Of a DNA stretch of 64,000 nucleotides, positions 36,992 through 50,447 are shown one piece after another. Made by a program: the position numbers and the translations under genes. A model generated the notes under the pieces. The model was not told the origin of the DNA. It did not search any database and saw only the letters and a list, made by a program, of their open reading frames with translations. The stretch's first letter is position 1. The number at the start of each line of letters is the position of its first letter. The DNA is taken from the NCBI GenBank assembly GCA_030704615.1, contig CM060732.1, positions 69,750,001-69,814,000 on the forward strand. Direction: 5' to 3'. This DNA is from Takakia lepidozioides. Lineage: Eukaryota > Plantae > Bryophyta.

Positions 36992-38649
36992 TAGGGCAGA
37001 ACCCGATTTTTCATCCGTAGGATGAATAATCAATACCGTTTTTCTTAAGAACCCGACGGATGTCATCCGTTAGCTAGGTTTATAAGGTAGGATTTAGGGT
37101 TACCTCCATCATTCTCTGGTGACCCATCTGATATAGATGAAAGTCAATAAAAGAGGAATGAAAAATTATAAGTCATTTTTAAAGGTACTTTAGTGTCCAC
37201 CCAGGTGATTCTTCCGGTATGGATAGAAGACCTTTACAAGTCGGGTGAAAACACCTTTTAGAGTCCATCTGGTATAGATGGAAAATCATGAAAAGAACAC
37301 TGATGCAACCAGCCAGTTCTGAGGAGGGAGACAGAGGGAGAGAGGTGGTAACAATGAAAAAAAATGGGTTGGGGGGGGGGGGGGGGGGGGGGGGGTGTCA
37401 GATGGTGGGGTCAGCTGCAGCATATGTCCAACGCCAGATATCCTAAGTTATTCGACTCTATATCTTGGAAACAGGACCGCCCACCAACCTGTCAAACAGG
37501 CTAAGTCCTGGCAGAAGACAGTAGAAGAGATGTTGGACCTGGAACCGCAAGTCTTCACCCTACTAGATAAATTTGACTTAGAGGCTGTAGTGTCCAACCA
37601 TGTCTGTTGCCATGAGATTGTCTGATGAAAATGAAGTTAGGCAAAAAACTTCCCTGAACTTGTTTCCAGTCAGTGACATGGGGGAGGACATCTTGGATGA
37701 CCTCAAGGGTCTACCCACTCTCGGCACTAGACTGAAATTTAAACTCAGGGCAGGAAGCCTACCTTTGAACAGCAAAAGAAGCAGAGAGGAAAGGGAGAGT
37801 GCAATTGTCCGTTGTGTGGGCAATCTGAAGACAATACTCATTTTCTGATACACTGTCCGGGGTTCTCTCACCAAAGAGACGCTCTCTTCAAATCTATCAA
37901 GGGAATTGTGCATGTACCTCTGTTTACTAACTTTGAAAAAGTCGAGGCTGAGCCAAAAACCCAGCCCCTTCTGAGGCCTAGTTTTTGGGCAACTCACACA
38001 CAACATATTGATGCTTGTGTGAAGGGATTTGTAGAGGATATCTGGAAAACCCGGATTAATTCTATATGTGAAGGTAAGTCTTACTACCAACGTCAACCCC
38101 TGACAGAGGTAGGATCTGCCCTTTTGTTTCCCCAAGAGAGGGGGCAACAAAGAAAAACAGAGAATGTGGGGGGGGGGGGGGGGGGGGGTGACTGAGCAGC
38201 CCCCCCCCCACCTTCTTTTCTTTTCTTTGTTGCCCCCTGATGTCTCCCTCTCACTCCCTCTCTCTGTCCCTCTCTGTCCCTCTCTCCCTCTCCCTCCATA
38301 ACTCTTTGGATTTCATCTGGCCTTAACCTTTTGAGGTTATTTAGTTTTTTCATCCCAACCTTTTTCATCCAAATCTGGATGATATTATTATAGGATGATG
38401 AAACTTAATGTACAGAAAGCTTGGTTTACCATCTATTTCTTTCATCTAAACTCGATGAACTACATGAATAATGGTTACCTATTTTAAAATCCAAGAGAAT
38501 AATAAATGATGGCAGTTATTAAACCTAAGCCTATACCATAACCCTAAAAGATACATTTTTATTGGATGTCATCCATTGACAAAGTGCTTCTCTTGATAAA
38601 ATGTGATTTTTCATTCACCCTGGATGAGAAATCGGGAAGTTGTGCCCTA
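36992..38649. mobile_element. Non-autonomous TIR DNA element (MITE-like; PIF/Harbinger or Tc1/mariner-like ends)
   Basis: Left TA-GGGCAGAACCCGATTTTTCATCC; right end reverse-complements to TA-GGGCACAACTTCCCGATTTCTCATCC; many subterminal catcc/ggatg motifs. Confidence 0.65.
37396..38167 (+). mobile_element. 3' fragment of LINE ORF2 (C-terminal zinc finger), bracketed by G25 and G21 runs
   Basis: GTRLKFKLRAGSLPLN...C.(L)CGQSEDNTHFLIHCPGFSHQRDALF...FVEDIWKTR, typical of the post-RT CCHC region of non-LTR elements. Confidence 0.7.
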
Positions 38650-40403
38650 AGCAGGCCGACACATTTCACAGCACTGAACTCGTGCTTCAGTGAACATTGA
38701 TGATGCGCCGTATAAAACCTGCTCCCTGCTGCTACATGGTACTCGTGATGGCTGGCTCTTGGGATGCGCATTGGTGGTTAGGCAGATTCCTCTCTGGCAG
38801 ACGACAAAGCGGTGATCGCTTTGTTCAGAAACTCATGGTTCTTTATTTTGCAGCGGCGCTTTTACTCCTCGTTGGGTACTCTATCCCTATTTATCTACAG
38901 ATTACATGTTGCTCTCTTTCTGTATGAGCCATTCTCTATCTGTGAACGCTTCTACTTTGATTGCGTTCTGTTGGAGACGATCTGTTGGACGCCATGGCGC
39001 AGGGCATACCACAAACACAAGGTTTTTTGAGTTTACCCTTGCTTGAATTATGATCTATACATGCTTTAGAATTCAACACTGACATGGATAGCAACTGTGA
39101 AGACCTGCCACTCACCTGCTGCATCCTCACTAAACACACATCGCTATGTGGTGGTTTTGGGACGGGCACAGGTGAGGGTCTTCACTTGTCTTGATTTCTT
39201 GAAGCTTGCAGCTTCTGTTCTTGCAAATGTGGATTCTGCTACTGCCTAAGCTGCTGATGCCATTTACTATTTCAAACTGCCACCATGCCGCTTCAGACCT
39301 GCTCCAAGATGGCTCCAATGAGGATTTGCTTCTCTCCTTACCCCTGTTTCTGGTTTTTTACAACCACATTTGCATGTGTAGGAGTTAAGCTATGAAGGGT
39401 ACAAGGGTACAAAATAGCAGTTATTACTCTGACTGCTTTGATACTTGGCTCTGAAATGAAACTTCTTGGTATGACTCTGATGGATCAAAAGGATAGGCTT
39501 TGATAGATAACACACATTCTTCAAGGCCCTCATATCATTTTGGTTTCATGGCTTGATAACAAACAGGGGTTTCTGAGCTGCTCTTTCACCTTGGCAGAGC
39601 TATTTTACGAGGCCTTAAAATACCATTCCAGGCCTATACCTGCTTAAGGGGGCTCAACCCTGTTGTTTCTTCTTCCTTTTTAAGAATCGTGCTTGTATCT
39701 TGGTTCTAAAACATCAACTTCAAACCAAACCTGTGTCACGCGGCTTTTGCTCACCCATCCCTTCGCTATCCGAGGCGGAAACTCCAAGATAGAAGAGTTG
39801 GAAATCTCTAAGCACTCAGCCCGCTCAGAACAATCAGTCATGACCTACAGCTAGTGTATCATGGGGATGTTTCCTATTTGTTTTCCTTCCCGCATTCATG
39901 TTAGCTAGTTACCTTACTGTTGGTAATTAAGTATCAGTTTGCTTCAGCAATCTATCGGATCCCATCAACTCATCCATTCATTCCACAGCTTCACTCAGAT
40001 CTCTCTACACAGTGTGAGTATGAAGTATGTATCAGATTAATATCTATCGAGTATCAGGCTGAAGCCATGGAGTCTCTAATCTGCTCTACATTACAACTCT
40101 ACTGCTTGCATTCATTAAGCATCAACAAATCGTCCTCCTCCTACTCTGTGCTCTCCCTCCTTCCGCTCAGAGATGCGCTCTCTCCTCCTTTCCTCCCGTG
40201 ATGTCCGAAGCCCCCCAGCAGTGATCCCTCGCCTCATCTCCCAGAATTCCCCCCAGAAGTGCTGCTTCTCCCGTCCTCGCTCCTGGCTTTATCTTCCTAC
40301 CCGTTGTTCTATCACTAACCGTCATCCGTGTACTAACATGTTCCATTCGCAGATGTTGTTCCCCACAGTCGTTCCCTGTCCTGCTATCCGTTCCCTATGG
40401 TCG

Positions 40404-40608
40404 TGACAGCTGTGTCAAGCTGTGACTGGCTGTGCGACTGTGTTGGGCTGTGTCGACTGTGTCGAGCTGTGACTGGCTGTGATGGCTGTGTCTGACTGTG
40501 TCTGGCTGTGTCAGCTGTGTCGGACTGTGACGGGCTGTGTTGGCTGTGTTGGCTGTGACGGGCTGTGTCGGACTGTGACGAGCTGTGTTGGCTTGTGACG
40601 GGCTGTGT
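40404..40608. repeat. Degenerate 9-11 bp tandem repeat (G/A)CTGTG(T/A)C, ~20 copies
   Basis: gctgtgtc/gctgtgac/actgtgtc reiterated continuously. Confidence 0.9.
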
Positions 40609-41027
40609 AACCCCCTCTAAAGTGCGCTGCTGTCACCCCTAAGGCTCCTGTTGGTCTCAGTCTGTGCAAAAATTAAGGGTACCCATAGATCCCGTATAAG
40701 TGTCTAAGTCCCAGACAGTCCTCTAACAACCTGCAATCTGGTTTTTGAAATGAAATGAATTTTTGAGATGATGGTGCAAACTATGGTGCTTTCATGATCC
40801 TGGAATCCCACCCTCCCACCCTGTTTTTTCAGAGACCCTGAAATGTAATGGGGTATTCAAATGAGATTGTAAACATGAAAGGGAATGTTAGATGGTGCCC
40901 TGTAAAGGGCTGTTTTGTCTTTCAATGACAATGACCTTAGCGGTCTTGTCCATGTCTTGACATGACATGTATATCTTCCCTCTCTTCTGTGCTGCTCTCT
41001 TTTAAGCTCCCGACACCCTAAATTCAA

Positions 41028-41442
41028 GGTCAGATGGTTTCAGCTGCAACATATGTCCAACACCACATATCCTAAGTTAATCGACTCTATATCTTGGAAA
41101 CAAGACCGCCCTGTCAAACAGGGTGAGCCTTGGGAGAAGAGAGTAAAAGAGATTCTCTCAAGGATCTGAATCTAGACCTGCAAGTCTTGACCTTGTTGGA
41201 TAAACCTGACTTAGAGAGTGTAGTACCAAAGCCATGTCTGTTACCAAAAAATTGTCCGATGAAAATGAAATTAGGAAGAAAACTTCCCTGAACCTGTTTC
41301 CAGTATGTGACATGGGGGAGGACATCATGGATGCGCTCAAGGGTCTATCCCACTCTTGGCACCAGACCTAAATTTAAAGTCAGGGCAGGAAGACTACTTT
41401 TGAACAGTAAACAGAAGCAGAGAGGAAAGGGAGAGTGCAATT
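41028..41442 (+). mobile_element. Second, shorter copy of the LINE 3' fragment at 37396-37806
   Basis: Colinear from gtcagatgg..cagctgca.catatgtccaac to gggagagtgcaatt. Confidence 0.8.
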
Positions 41443-42471
41443 TCCCTGACGTACCTTTGCTGCTGCTGGTGCTTGAAGCGAGCTGCTGCGGTGTTGTCGT
41501 GGGTGCCAGCGGCGCGGGTCCCCGCCGCTGCAAGGCGTCTCTCCCCCGCTCACCATGGCTCTCTCTCTCTTCAGCTCGTTAGGTCGCGCCTCTGCGCAGT
41601 GTTCCTACACACAGGGGAGAGAGACATCAGCCCGTGCTTAGGGCAAGAAAGAAAGTAAGAAAGTGAGGGAGGAGGCAGTGCTTACCTTGGGCGTTGGAGC
41701 GGCGTTGGCAAACTCCTTGGGGCCTTTCGACCACCTCGGGCTCAGCAGCAGGTGCGTTTCTCCTCCACCCTAAACCCCACTCTCTGAACTACCTCTCTCC
41801 CAAAGAACAAACGAAAAGGAGGGGAAAGAGATGCTTCAAGCACTTAGGGAAAAAAAAAGGCGCGGTGCCCGCGCCCGGCCGTCGCACGCCTGTGCCCGCC
41901 CTTTTTTTTAAATGTAAAATGAAGTTTGCGACGGCTTGCGACCCCCGGCATAAATAAAAAACACGTCCCCCCGCGACGGCTGTCTGTCGCGGGGTACGAC
42001 CCCAGGTAAAAAAAAAAAAAAAAATGCGACGCCAGGGTATCGCAGGAGGCGACGGCCGGCCTTTCTGGGTTTAGGGTTTAGGGCCTTTTGGGTTTCTTAG
42101 TTTTTATTTATTTTTATTTATTTTTTTCATATGGTACTAGGTTAGGGTGTTTGCTTTTCTTTATGGTGCTGGGTTTTGGATTGGCGGTTTTGTTGTGGGT
42201 CTTGGGGTTAAAAGGATAAATGGTGTAATTAGGATTCACATACCCAAAATGTGGTTCAATCTGATAATCGCAAAGCGCTGGGTCTCAACAAATTTTTCCA
42301 TATTGTGAGCATCCTGAAGATAGAACGAGAGGATTTATTGTCTTGGGCTCTAGCACCATAGGGATGCTCCGCCTTTGGTTACCAATTTTGAAAGCCCCGA
42401 GGCTGAGGCATAGGGTTTTTTTGCCAACGATTTTTGAGAAATGAAAGTGTTGGTGGTGTGTGTTAATTAGG

Positions 42472-44058
42472 ATGGGATGGAGGAAACATCGACCCGTCTC
42501 CCTCGAGGATGGGGAGGTAGTACCACATATCGATTGTGGCCCTAGAGCGACCATTTTTCGTGGCGAGAGACCCATTGCACCTGATCCAATACAGGCTGCC
42601 GGGCACAATCGTAGAAGGGACTGGGGCCAAATTTCAGGTGATGCGGAGGATGTTGACACTCCGAGATCGAGTCGGGCACGCCGCGGGTTGCCCCCTCGCG
42701 GGCCACCCCGTCCAACCACGTCCACCTTTGACCCAACCCCCCCCCCCCCCCCCCCCCCCCAGGATTGAGTGTTGGTGCACTAGTGTTGGGAACGGATACC
42801 GCCGGGCGGCACCAGACCACCGAGGCGGCGACCGCATGTTGTCGAAAAACATTACAAGAAGAACAAGATTGCGGATGCGGCAAAGGTGAGTGTTTTTCCA
42901 CCCCTCTCATTAACATTCATTCAAGTACATTTAGGTTTCTAATAATATAGTATGATTGGTAAGCATACATGAATCAAAATTACGACATAAGTATTGATGC
43001 GTGTTCACTGCACACATTGCAGCCACGACTTGATGCCCAAGCTCGCAATCACATTGCACAGGAGGCATTTCGCGCCGGTCTACTTGCAGAATTTGTGCCA
43101 GAGCATGTGCCCGATGTGACCAGTTGGTTCCCCCGGCAGCACGTAGATGAGATGCGTAGGGCCGAGGGGTATCGTAGGTGTCGTAGGCGTTATGGCCGGC
43201 GACGAGCACCCCCTCCAGTTTCCTCAGGCGGTCCCCCTGATTGTGGCCTCCCCCCCGTCTGTTTCTTTGCCTGATCCACCTCCGGTTGTACCTGATCCGG
43301 ACGTTGTACCCCCGGCTGCACCTCCGACATTACATCCTCAACCACCTCCACTTTCATCTCCTCCGCCAGTACCACCTCCACCTCCACCTCCACTCCACGT
43401 GCATGTGCCCCCCGAACCCCTAGGAGAGGTCGGCTTCGCCCTAGGTTTCCTCCCCTTCGGCTTGGGCGGCCTGAGCCGGATCCTCGCCCCCGATGGGAAG
43501 CGCATAGGACTATGTTACTGAGGACCGTCCAGTCGTTGTTGGGGAATCATCTCGAGAAAATGTGAAGTTCGAGTATTGGGGGAGACGGTATGTTGTGAGA
43601 GCCGCTACAGACCCTGCTATGGGTCGGGGTTTATTCACGGTCAATGATATTGTGGTTCCTCCTCGGAGAAACAGCATGGTGGACTTGTTTCCCTACTACG
43701 GTCCATACTACACCTCCGCGGAGTTCCGTACATTACGTCTCGAAGCCCCATACATCCTACCCTACATTTTGTGTGTCAACGGACAGGATGTACGTAAATG
43801 GGGGTTGTCTCCCATTGAGATCAAATTTTGTGATGGTGACCCCAACATCTTCGGCAATGTTGCTGGGCTGGTCAATAGTTCTTTTGGTCATCCTAGGAGA
43901 ACCAATGTAGTATGGGACGCGAAGCGATGGGCATGAGAGCTTTTGTGGTCATACGTCAGTATACTGTGAGGGGATGCACATGTTGTGATGACATGTGCTA
44001 GTATGGACTATTAGGGCTGGCAGCAACTATTTGCATCATACGAGTTCTCCCGGGATGA
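42472..44058 (+). pseudogene. SET-domain-like lysine methyltransferase gene with Pro-rich N-terminus (SET core ~43562-44050), frameshifted
   Basis: MGRGLFTVNDI (GxGLF motif), LFPYYGP (YxG), DG...GNVAGLVNSS...TNVVW (GN.A.FINHS..N), and after frameshifts HVVMTCA..TIRAG/QQLFASY (I.xGEEL..DY). Confidence 0.65.
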
Positions 44059-45149
44059 TTGGGACCTCCGATTATAGCGTGAGTGGGATGTGTATGATAG
44101 AAATAGGGTTCTTTTGAGACAGGGATCGCGTAGAGGGGCATTGTAGATATTCTCATGATGTACTTTGTATACATCCGATTAATCGATTGATATAATTTTT
44201 TTTCTTGTTGCTCGTGTGGGTTGCAACTTTGCATATGTGATCTAAACATACTTATGCACATGTGGACCAAATATGAGCTTGAACCAAGTTGATTCAATGG
44301 GTCATTCTAGTGTTGAACGCAGCTACGTGTCATAGAGACGGAAAATTGTGTTTCGCTTGCAGATGATTTTTTTTTTATTCTATTTTCAAGCCATATGCTT
44401 AATGATAGCATATGCAATGTGCGTGCAAAAATTTGGGAGTAAACAAAAGTCATTTGGACCCATAACCAGATTTTGTTCTCTCATTTGCACTCCAAAGTTG
44501 AGTTATCCTCAATTTCATGCACTCTTGATAGAGAGTTTTGCAAAAGTGACCCTAGAAACACACTTTTTTTTTTCCTTTTTTTTTTTTGTCCCATTTTTTG
44601 CTTGGATGCAGTGGTGCAAAGCTTGATGTAACAGAACAAAACAGAGCTAAAAATAAAATCATTACGCCCCCAAAACCACAATCATATATTTCTAAATGCA
44701 AATATTTATTTTAAAATCAATTTAGATTCGATTTAATTCAAAATTGGTGCAAGGGTGAGTGCGTCGTTGAGGAGTCATTTTTTTTATTTTTTATTTTTTC
44801 CTGCTGGATCTTTGTACAGGTGTTGCACACATATCTAAGCACATGTAGGAAAAAATGACGCTTCAGCCACATCCGTTTGTTGGGTGCAATGGCATGAGAG
44901 GATTTTCTTTCACATTTTATAGCAAAATTGGTTGATAGGGTGAATGCGTCATTGGGGTGGGGGGGGGATGATTTTGTTTGGGTTTGAAACTTTGCATGCG
45001 TGTACGTTGTGCACATACATGTAATTATTGAATGACATATTTGATGCACACACACATTGAAGGTGTTGTTGCAATTCGCTTATAATGAAATGTATGGTTG
45101 CAAGGACACATTATAATATATGTGCATATGTTCATTTGTTCGTATCAGG

Positions 45150-48100
45150 ACTTTGTCCATCCCTTCCCGGTTTTTCCTCTTGGCACCCCATCCGAAACAA
45201 CCCAAGTACATCAGGCGGGACCGTGGGCGAGACGTCGCCCACGGTACCGGACGATGATGACGATGATGGTGATAGTGATGACAGTGACAACAACAATGAG
45301 CATGGAATTAACCAGGAGGATGTGCAAGCCATGGAGGATCTCTTAATGCATCATGTGGGCGCTGATGCATCCCATGAAGAGGAAACCCGGCCAATCGATG
45401 ATCCTGAAATGGCCCCCTCAAATGACATGGAGAGGGAGGCGAGAACTCCCTTGTACGAAGGGGCGAAAGTGAGTCGACTTTCAACAATCTTACTTTTGCT
45501 CAATCTTCAAATTCGATTTGGCATAAGTAATGTTGGGATGTCTGCCATAATGCGAACTATTGCAGACTATATCCTTGCTCCACACTTGAAACCCAAGATG
45601 CCACGGTCGCGGAAAGAGGCGCGCGAAGTCTTGACTCTGTGGGGATGGGCTATAAGATTTTTCATGCATGTCCATGTGATAAAACCCTATACTACGGAGA
45701 GGATTCGCATCTCACCAAGTGCCCAAAGTGCAAGAAAGACCGATATCGGGATGATGTCCAAGGGAAAAAAGTACCACGCAAGGTATAAGCGCCATTCCCC
45801 TCGCATGGAGATTATTAGAGAGTAGTACTAATGCAAGATCTGATTGTGGTTTTGGAAGGAGTGAGTGAGGAGTGGAAGGAGCGACGTTTGGTTTTGACCA
45901 TTCACACCCAAATGAGGGAGAGGCTGCATAAAGGGAAAGCATAAGGGTGTTGTATTATCTAATGGGATGATTACATGTGGGGGGCGTGGGGTATTTCATC
46001 CTAGAAAATGCATTACTTTCCGATCATCCCGCGATTGAGGGCACAGTACCGAAGCCCCGAATTGGCCAGACTCATGAGATGGCACGCCTCGCATCGGAGC
46101 CCCCCGGGAAAGGTGTGCGGGCCACAAGATTCACAAGCATGGAGGCATATTGAAGAGATGTGGCCTTTCTCTTGGAGGACCCACGACATGTCCACCTCGG
46201 CTTCTCCTCGGATGGGGTCAACCCATTCTCTGTCCAGTCATGTAGTCATTCCACTTGGCCGGTGACCATGGTGAATTACAACATCCCTCCGTATCTTTCA
46301 ATTAAAAAAGCCATATCATGTTGGTTGCCATTGTGCAGTGAGTGTACTCATTTCATGTTTATTATTGCCTTCACTTTACATTAAACTTCTGATCTTTGAC
46401 GCAATTCGGATGCAAGATTGATGAGTGACATAATCATGGAGTAAGACGTGTAATTCATTTTGTAGTATAATCTGCATATTGGTGGAGACAATGTCTCAGG
46501 GAAAAAACAAGTGGCAAACATGGACACGTACTTGCGACCTCTTGTTGATGAACTTAAAGAGCTATGGAGGGGGGTCCCGGCATTGGATGCTTCACTTGAC
46601 CCTATGGCCGGACAATCTTTTCAGATGAGAGGATCTTGCTTTGGACAATGCATGATTATCCAGGTATATTATGTTCCCCATGAACAACCCGCGTACATTC
46701 ACTTGTCAATCCGGATGAGGATGAGGATTGGATTGATTGAAGTAGCGGCGACAGTCTTGTGCACCGTAGTGGGGTAGATGGCATTATGGGCCATGCACAT
46801 GACAACTTTTTGTTTTTGCTAATGTGGCGGGATGTGTAGTACAGACTAACTGTTTGCTCGGGGCTAAGCACCAAAGGGTACCATGCATGCTTGCATTGTG
46901 GCGATGATCTTGATGCACATAGCTCCCGCCATCTTCACAAGATGGTGTATCCCAACTACCGCAAATTTCTTCCTATGAGCCATCGATGGAGAAGAAGAGA
47001 GAAACACTTGTTTGATGGCAAAGAGGAAGTACGTCCCCCCCCTATGACACCGTCCGGGCAGTTTTGGGAGGACCGATGGAAGGAGGCCCATGCGGGCACG
47101 GACGGTGAAGTGGACGTGCCCGGCATGAAACGACTTTCAATCTTCTACGAGTTGCCATATTGGGCGGTACATATTCCACAAAAACCGTCAATATCCCTAT
47201 GCATGCATGTGATATTGCACATTTGGTATGCGTTGCATTGTCACTTTCACGTAAAATTTTTGTGTAAGTCTTTGTGGGTGGGGATATATGTAGGACCTGA
47301 AGATTCGCCATCTTCTAGATCCCATGCATATTGAGAAGAATGTCTGCTCGTCCCTTTTTTCGGGTTCTTCATGGCACGCCGGCAAAGAAGGGAGTGGCTG
47401 CAAAAGGAGATTCTCTCGGTGTTAGAAAGGAGCTTGAGGAGCAGGGTCGCATGCGCCATCTATGGGCCGAACAAAATGGTGTGGACCCAAAGGGTGTTGT
47501 ACGGTGGAAGTATAGGCGCGCACTTGGCAATGGACAAAGGAGGAATACAAAGAAAGTGATAGCCACCATAAGTGTTGTCCGAACACCAACTGGTTATGGG
47601 TCATCCCTCCGTACGAAGTTCAGCGAAGAAGACGGGGTCCATGGTTTGAAGTCTCATGACTACCACAATCTATTGCAAGACATCTTGCCCATTGCAGTAC
47701 GTGGGACATTGACTCCCGAGGTTCGTGAGACAATCTATAGATTGGGAGGCTTGTTCCGGTGGATTTGCTCCAAAGAGTTGGAAGAAGCAGATTTTCCACG
47801 CATGAAGAAGGAGGCGGCGGAGGTAATGTGTATGTTGGAGATGCACCTTCCTCCCTCCTTCTTTGACATCCAAGTGCACTTGGTAGTGCACTTAGTGGAA
47901 GAGGCTTCGATTGCGGCCCCGTTCATTCTCGGTGGATGTACTTCCTTGAGCGTTATATGAAGACTTTGAAAGGATTTGTAAGACAAATGGCGCACCCGGA
48001 GGGTAGCATGGCGGAGGGGTATACGTTGCAAGAAGCTATGTTCTATTGCACGGAGTACATGGCAAGGGTGGATGAGGAATCCCCTCGGATGTGGAAGGAA

Positions 48101-49264
48101 GAGGAGGATGCACGAACCAATGACATCGTTTTGCCCAAAAAATCGAAGAGGGTAAAATTGCCGACCTTGGTGATTGAGCAAGCGCATGACTTCATATTGA
48201 AGAACACCCCATCCATACATGAGTGGGAGGCAAGATACAATAATCTTGTTCAGCAACGAGAGGAGGAGACGCTTGCATGGAGGCGGAACCATCCAAGGCC
48301 GGTTACTAGACGCCCACGACGAGGAGCGGGCCGCCGGAATGTTCCTTCACAAAATTTGCCCATGGAATTGCAGCCTCTAAGTTCATTCCAACAGTGGCTT
48401 CGGACTTCAGTTTATGACGTCGTTGCTCAAGAGAGGTGGTTTCAGATTTGGTGCAAGACATTGCAAGGGGCCCCTCTCAATTCGCGACCTCATACACGGC
48501 GGTTTGGGTTCACGGTCGTCATTTCCGCATTCGTGCTCTTGACATGAAGCGCAAAACAACCTTTGATTCTGGCTTGTGTGCCACATATTGGCAAGACTCC
48601 GTGTGGGGCAAGGGAGATACACAACCTGCTATGAGCAAACTTGAGTACATTGGAGAGCTTGAGAGCATACTCCAACTTCAGTATACAAGGTACCGGCCTC
48701 TTCTCTTCAAGGGAAGGTGGTTCCAGCCACATCTTGTGGGGCCCTCCGCAACACTAGTGCAAGATGATTGTGGTTTCATGCGCGTCAATGCAGATAGGCT
48801 CAACCCTACTCATCGTCCCCCCGATGAGCCTTTTTCACGGCCTTCAGACATGGAGCAAGTTTTCTTCTCCGATGACAAAACAAGAGGGGGGAATTGGAAG
48901 GTGGTTGTGCTTGCTCAGCCAAGAGGAAGACGTATCTATCATGGTCTCGGATCTCCATGGGGTAAGGCGATTGCGGTGGACGAAGAGACTGGTCATAATG
49001 ATGCTGATGATGGAGGTTGGGTAGAGGGGGGTAGAAGATGATGACGCCCCGGACAATGCATCCTGGACCCTATATGATGAAGCTCTAGAAGATACGGATG
49101 TTGGAGAAGGAGACGAAAACACGGCCATTGACAACGAGGTGGAGGATGACTCGGAGGTGCCTTTTGAGAGCCCAGCCATTTATGACGATGACTCCGATGA
49201 CGAAGAAGACTTGCAGCTTGATGAGGATGAAGAGGCTCCAGATGATGATGTTCAAGTTCATTAG
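45150..49264 (+). pseudogene. CACTA TnpD-type transposase (Transposase_21 + DUF4218 + DUF4216-like), spliced, multiple frameshifts
   Basis: HACPCD..LY...CPKC..RY; YFPIIPRLR; DSQAWRHI; LGFSSDGVNPF..STWPV..NYNIPP; MDTYLRPLVDELKELW; HDYP; KGYHAC..C; SIFYELPYW; HLLDPMHIEKNV; GLKSHDYH; PPSFFDIQVHLVVHL; WMYFLERYM; PEGSMAEGY; DEPF...EQVFF. Confidence 0.93.
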
Positions 49265-50447
49265 ACACAAAATCAAAGCTACATAACAATTCTCGCACCG
49301 AACTGGACCCATCCCTTCGATTGATTGTACATGTACATGCATATTGTACTTTATTTCTATCACTAGAAGAAAAACGCGAAATAACCACTGGCCCCCTTAA
49401 CCACTCTTGTCTTTTATCACTCTATAAATCACTCCAAGTAATGGTAACCACTGGTTAGTGGTTAATTCCGATGAAATGCCATGGTGGCATCATATGGAGT
49501 GGTTGGAAGTGGTTTCAACCACTGAGTAATCCACGTGTAATATTTAATTTTATATTTATTATTCGACATTTGGTTAAATATTTATATTAATAATGATAAT
49601 ATCCGACATGGACGGGTACAGTGATAAATTATGAGTGGTTAAAGACACCTCAGTGATAGGAAGTGGTTGAAACCACTTTCTACTCCACGTGTAATAATTT
49701 TTTTTAAAGATTTTTATCATTTCAAAATATATTATTCCACGTGGACGAGGATAGTATACGTAGATTTGGAGTGGTTAAAGACCCCCCAGTGATTGGTACC
49801 ACTTGCACAGTGGTGGAATGTGAGTGGTTAAGACCCTTTTGTAACTGGAACCACTCTTCAAGTGGGCACTTGTGAGTGGTTACATACACGTGAGTGATTG
49901 ATATTACTTCTGTGGTGGGTTGTGAGTGGTTGAAGACACCTGAGTGATGGGAGGTGATTGAAACCACTTGCTACTCCACGTGTAATAATTCAATTTTTAT
50001 TTAAGATTTATCATTTCAAAATATATTTAATTATGAACTATATTATTCCACGTGGACGGGAACAGTATACGTAGATCTGGAGTGGTTAAAGACCCCCATT
50101 GATTGGTACCACTTTGAGAGTGGTGTAGAGTGAGTGGTTACAGACCATTTAGTAACTGGAACCACTCGACTAGTGGTTACGCGTTAGTGATTACATACAC
50201 ATCAGTGATTGGTATTACTTCTGTGGTGAAAAACTTTAGTGGTTTGTGTGTTGATGGAAAACCCAAAATCCATCCATCTATCGCTACATTCATCCATCCA
50301 GTCATGAGTGAGGGGACTTAGCGTTTTTTTTTGTCTTCCCTGCCATTGTGGCATCTGTTTTTTTTCTTTGTGTCGAGTTTGATCGTGAAAGACAAACATG
50401 ACAGCTATGTTTGTTTTCTTATAGTGTCGAGTCTGATCATGAGAGAC

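Noticed and set aside
41841-41860. cacttaggg as the left TIR of the large CACTA
   Set aside because: Does not match CACTACAACAAAT and is not preceded by the expected GAC TSD
42069-42084. Telomere-like GGGTTTAGGGTTTAGGG
   Set aside because: Only about two units, part of the CACTA subterminal region (mirrored at ~55690); not an interstitial telomere array
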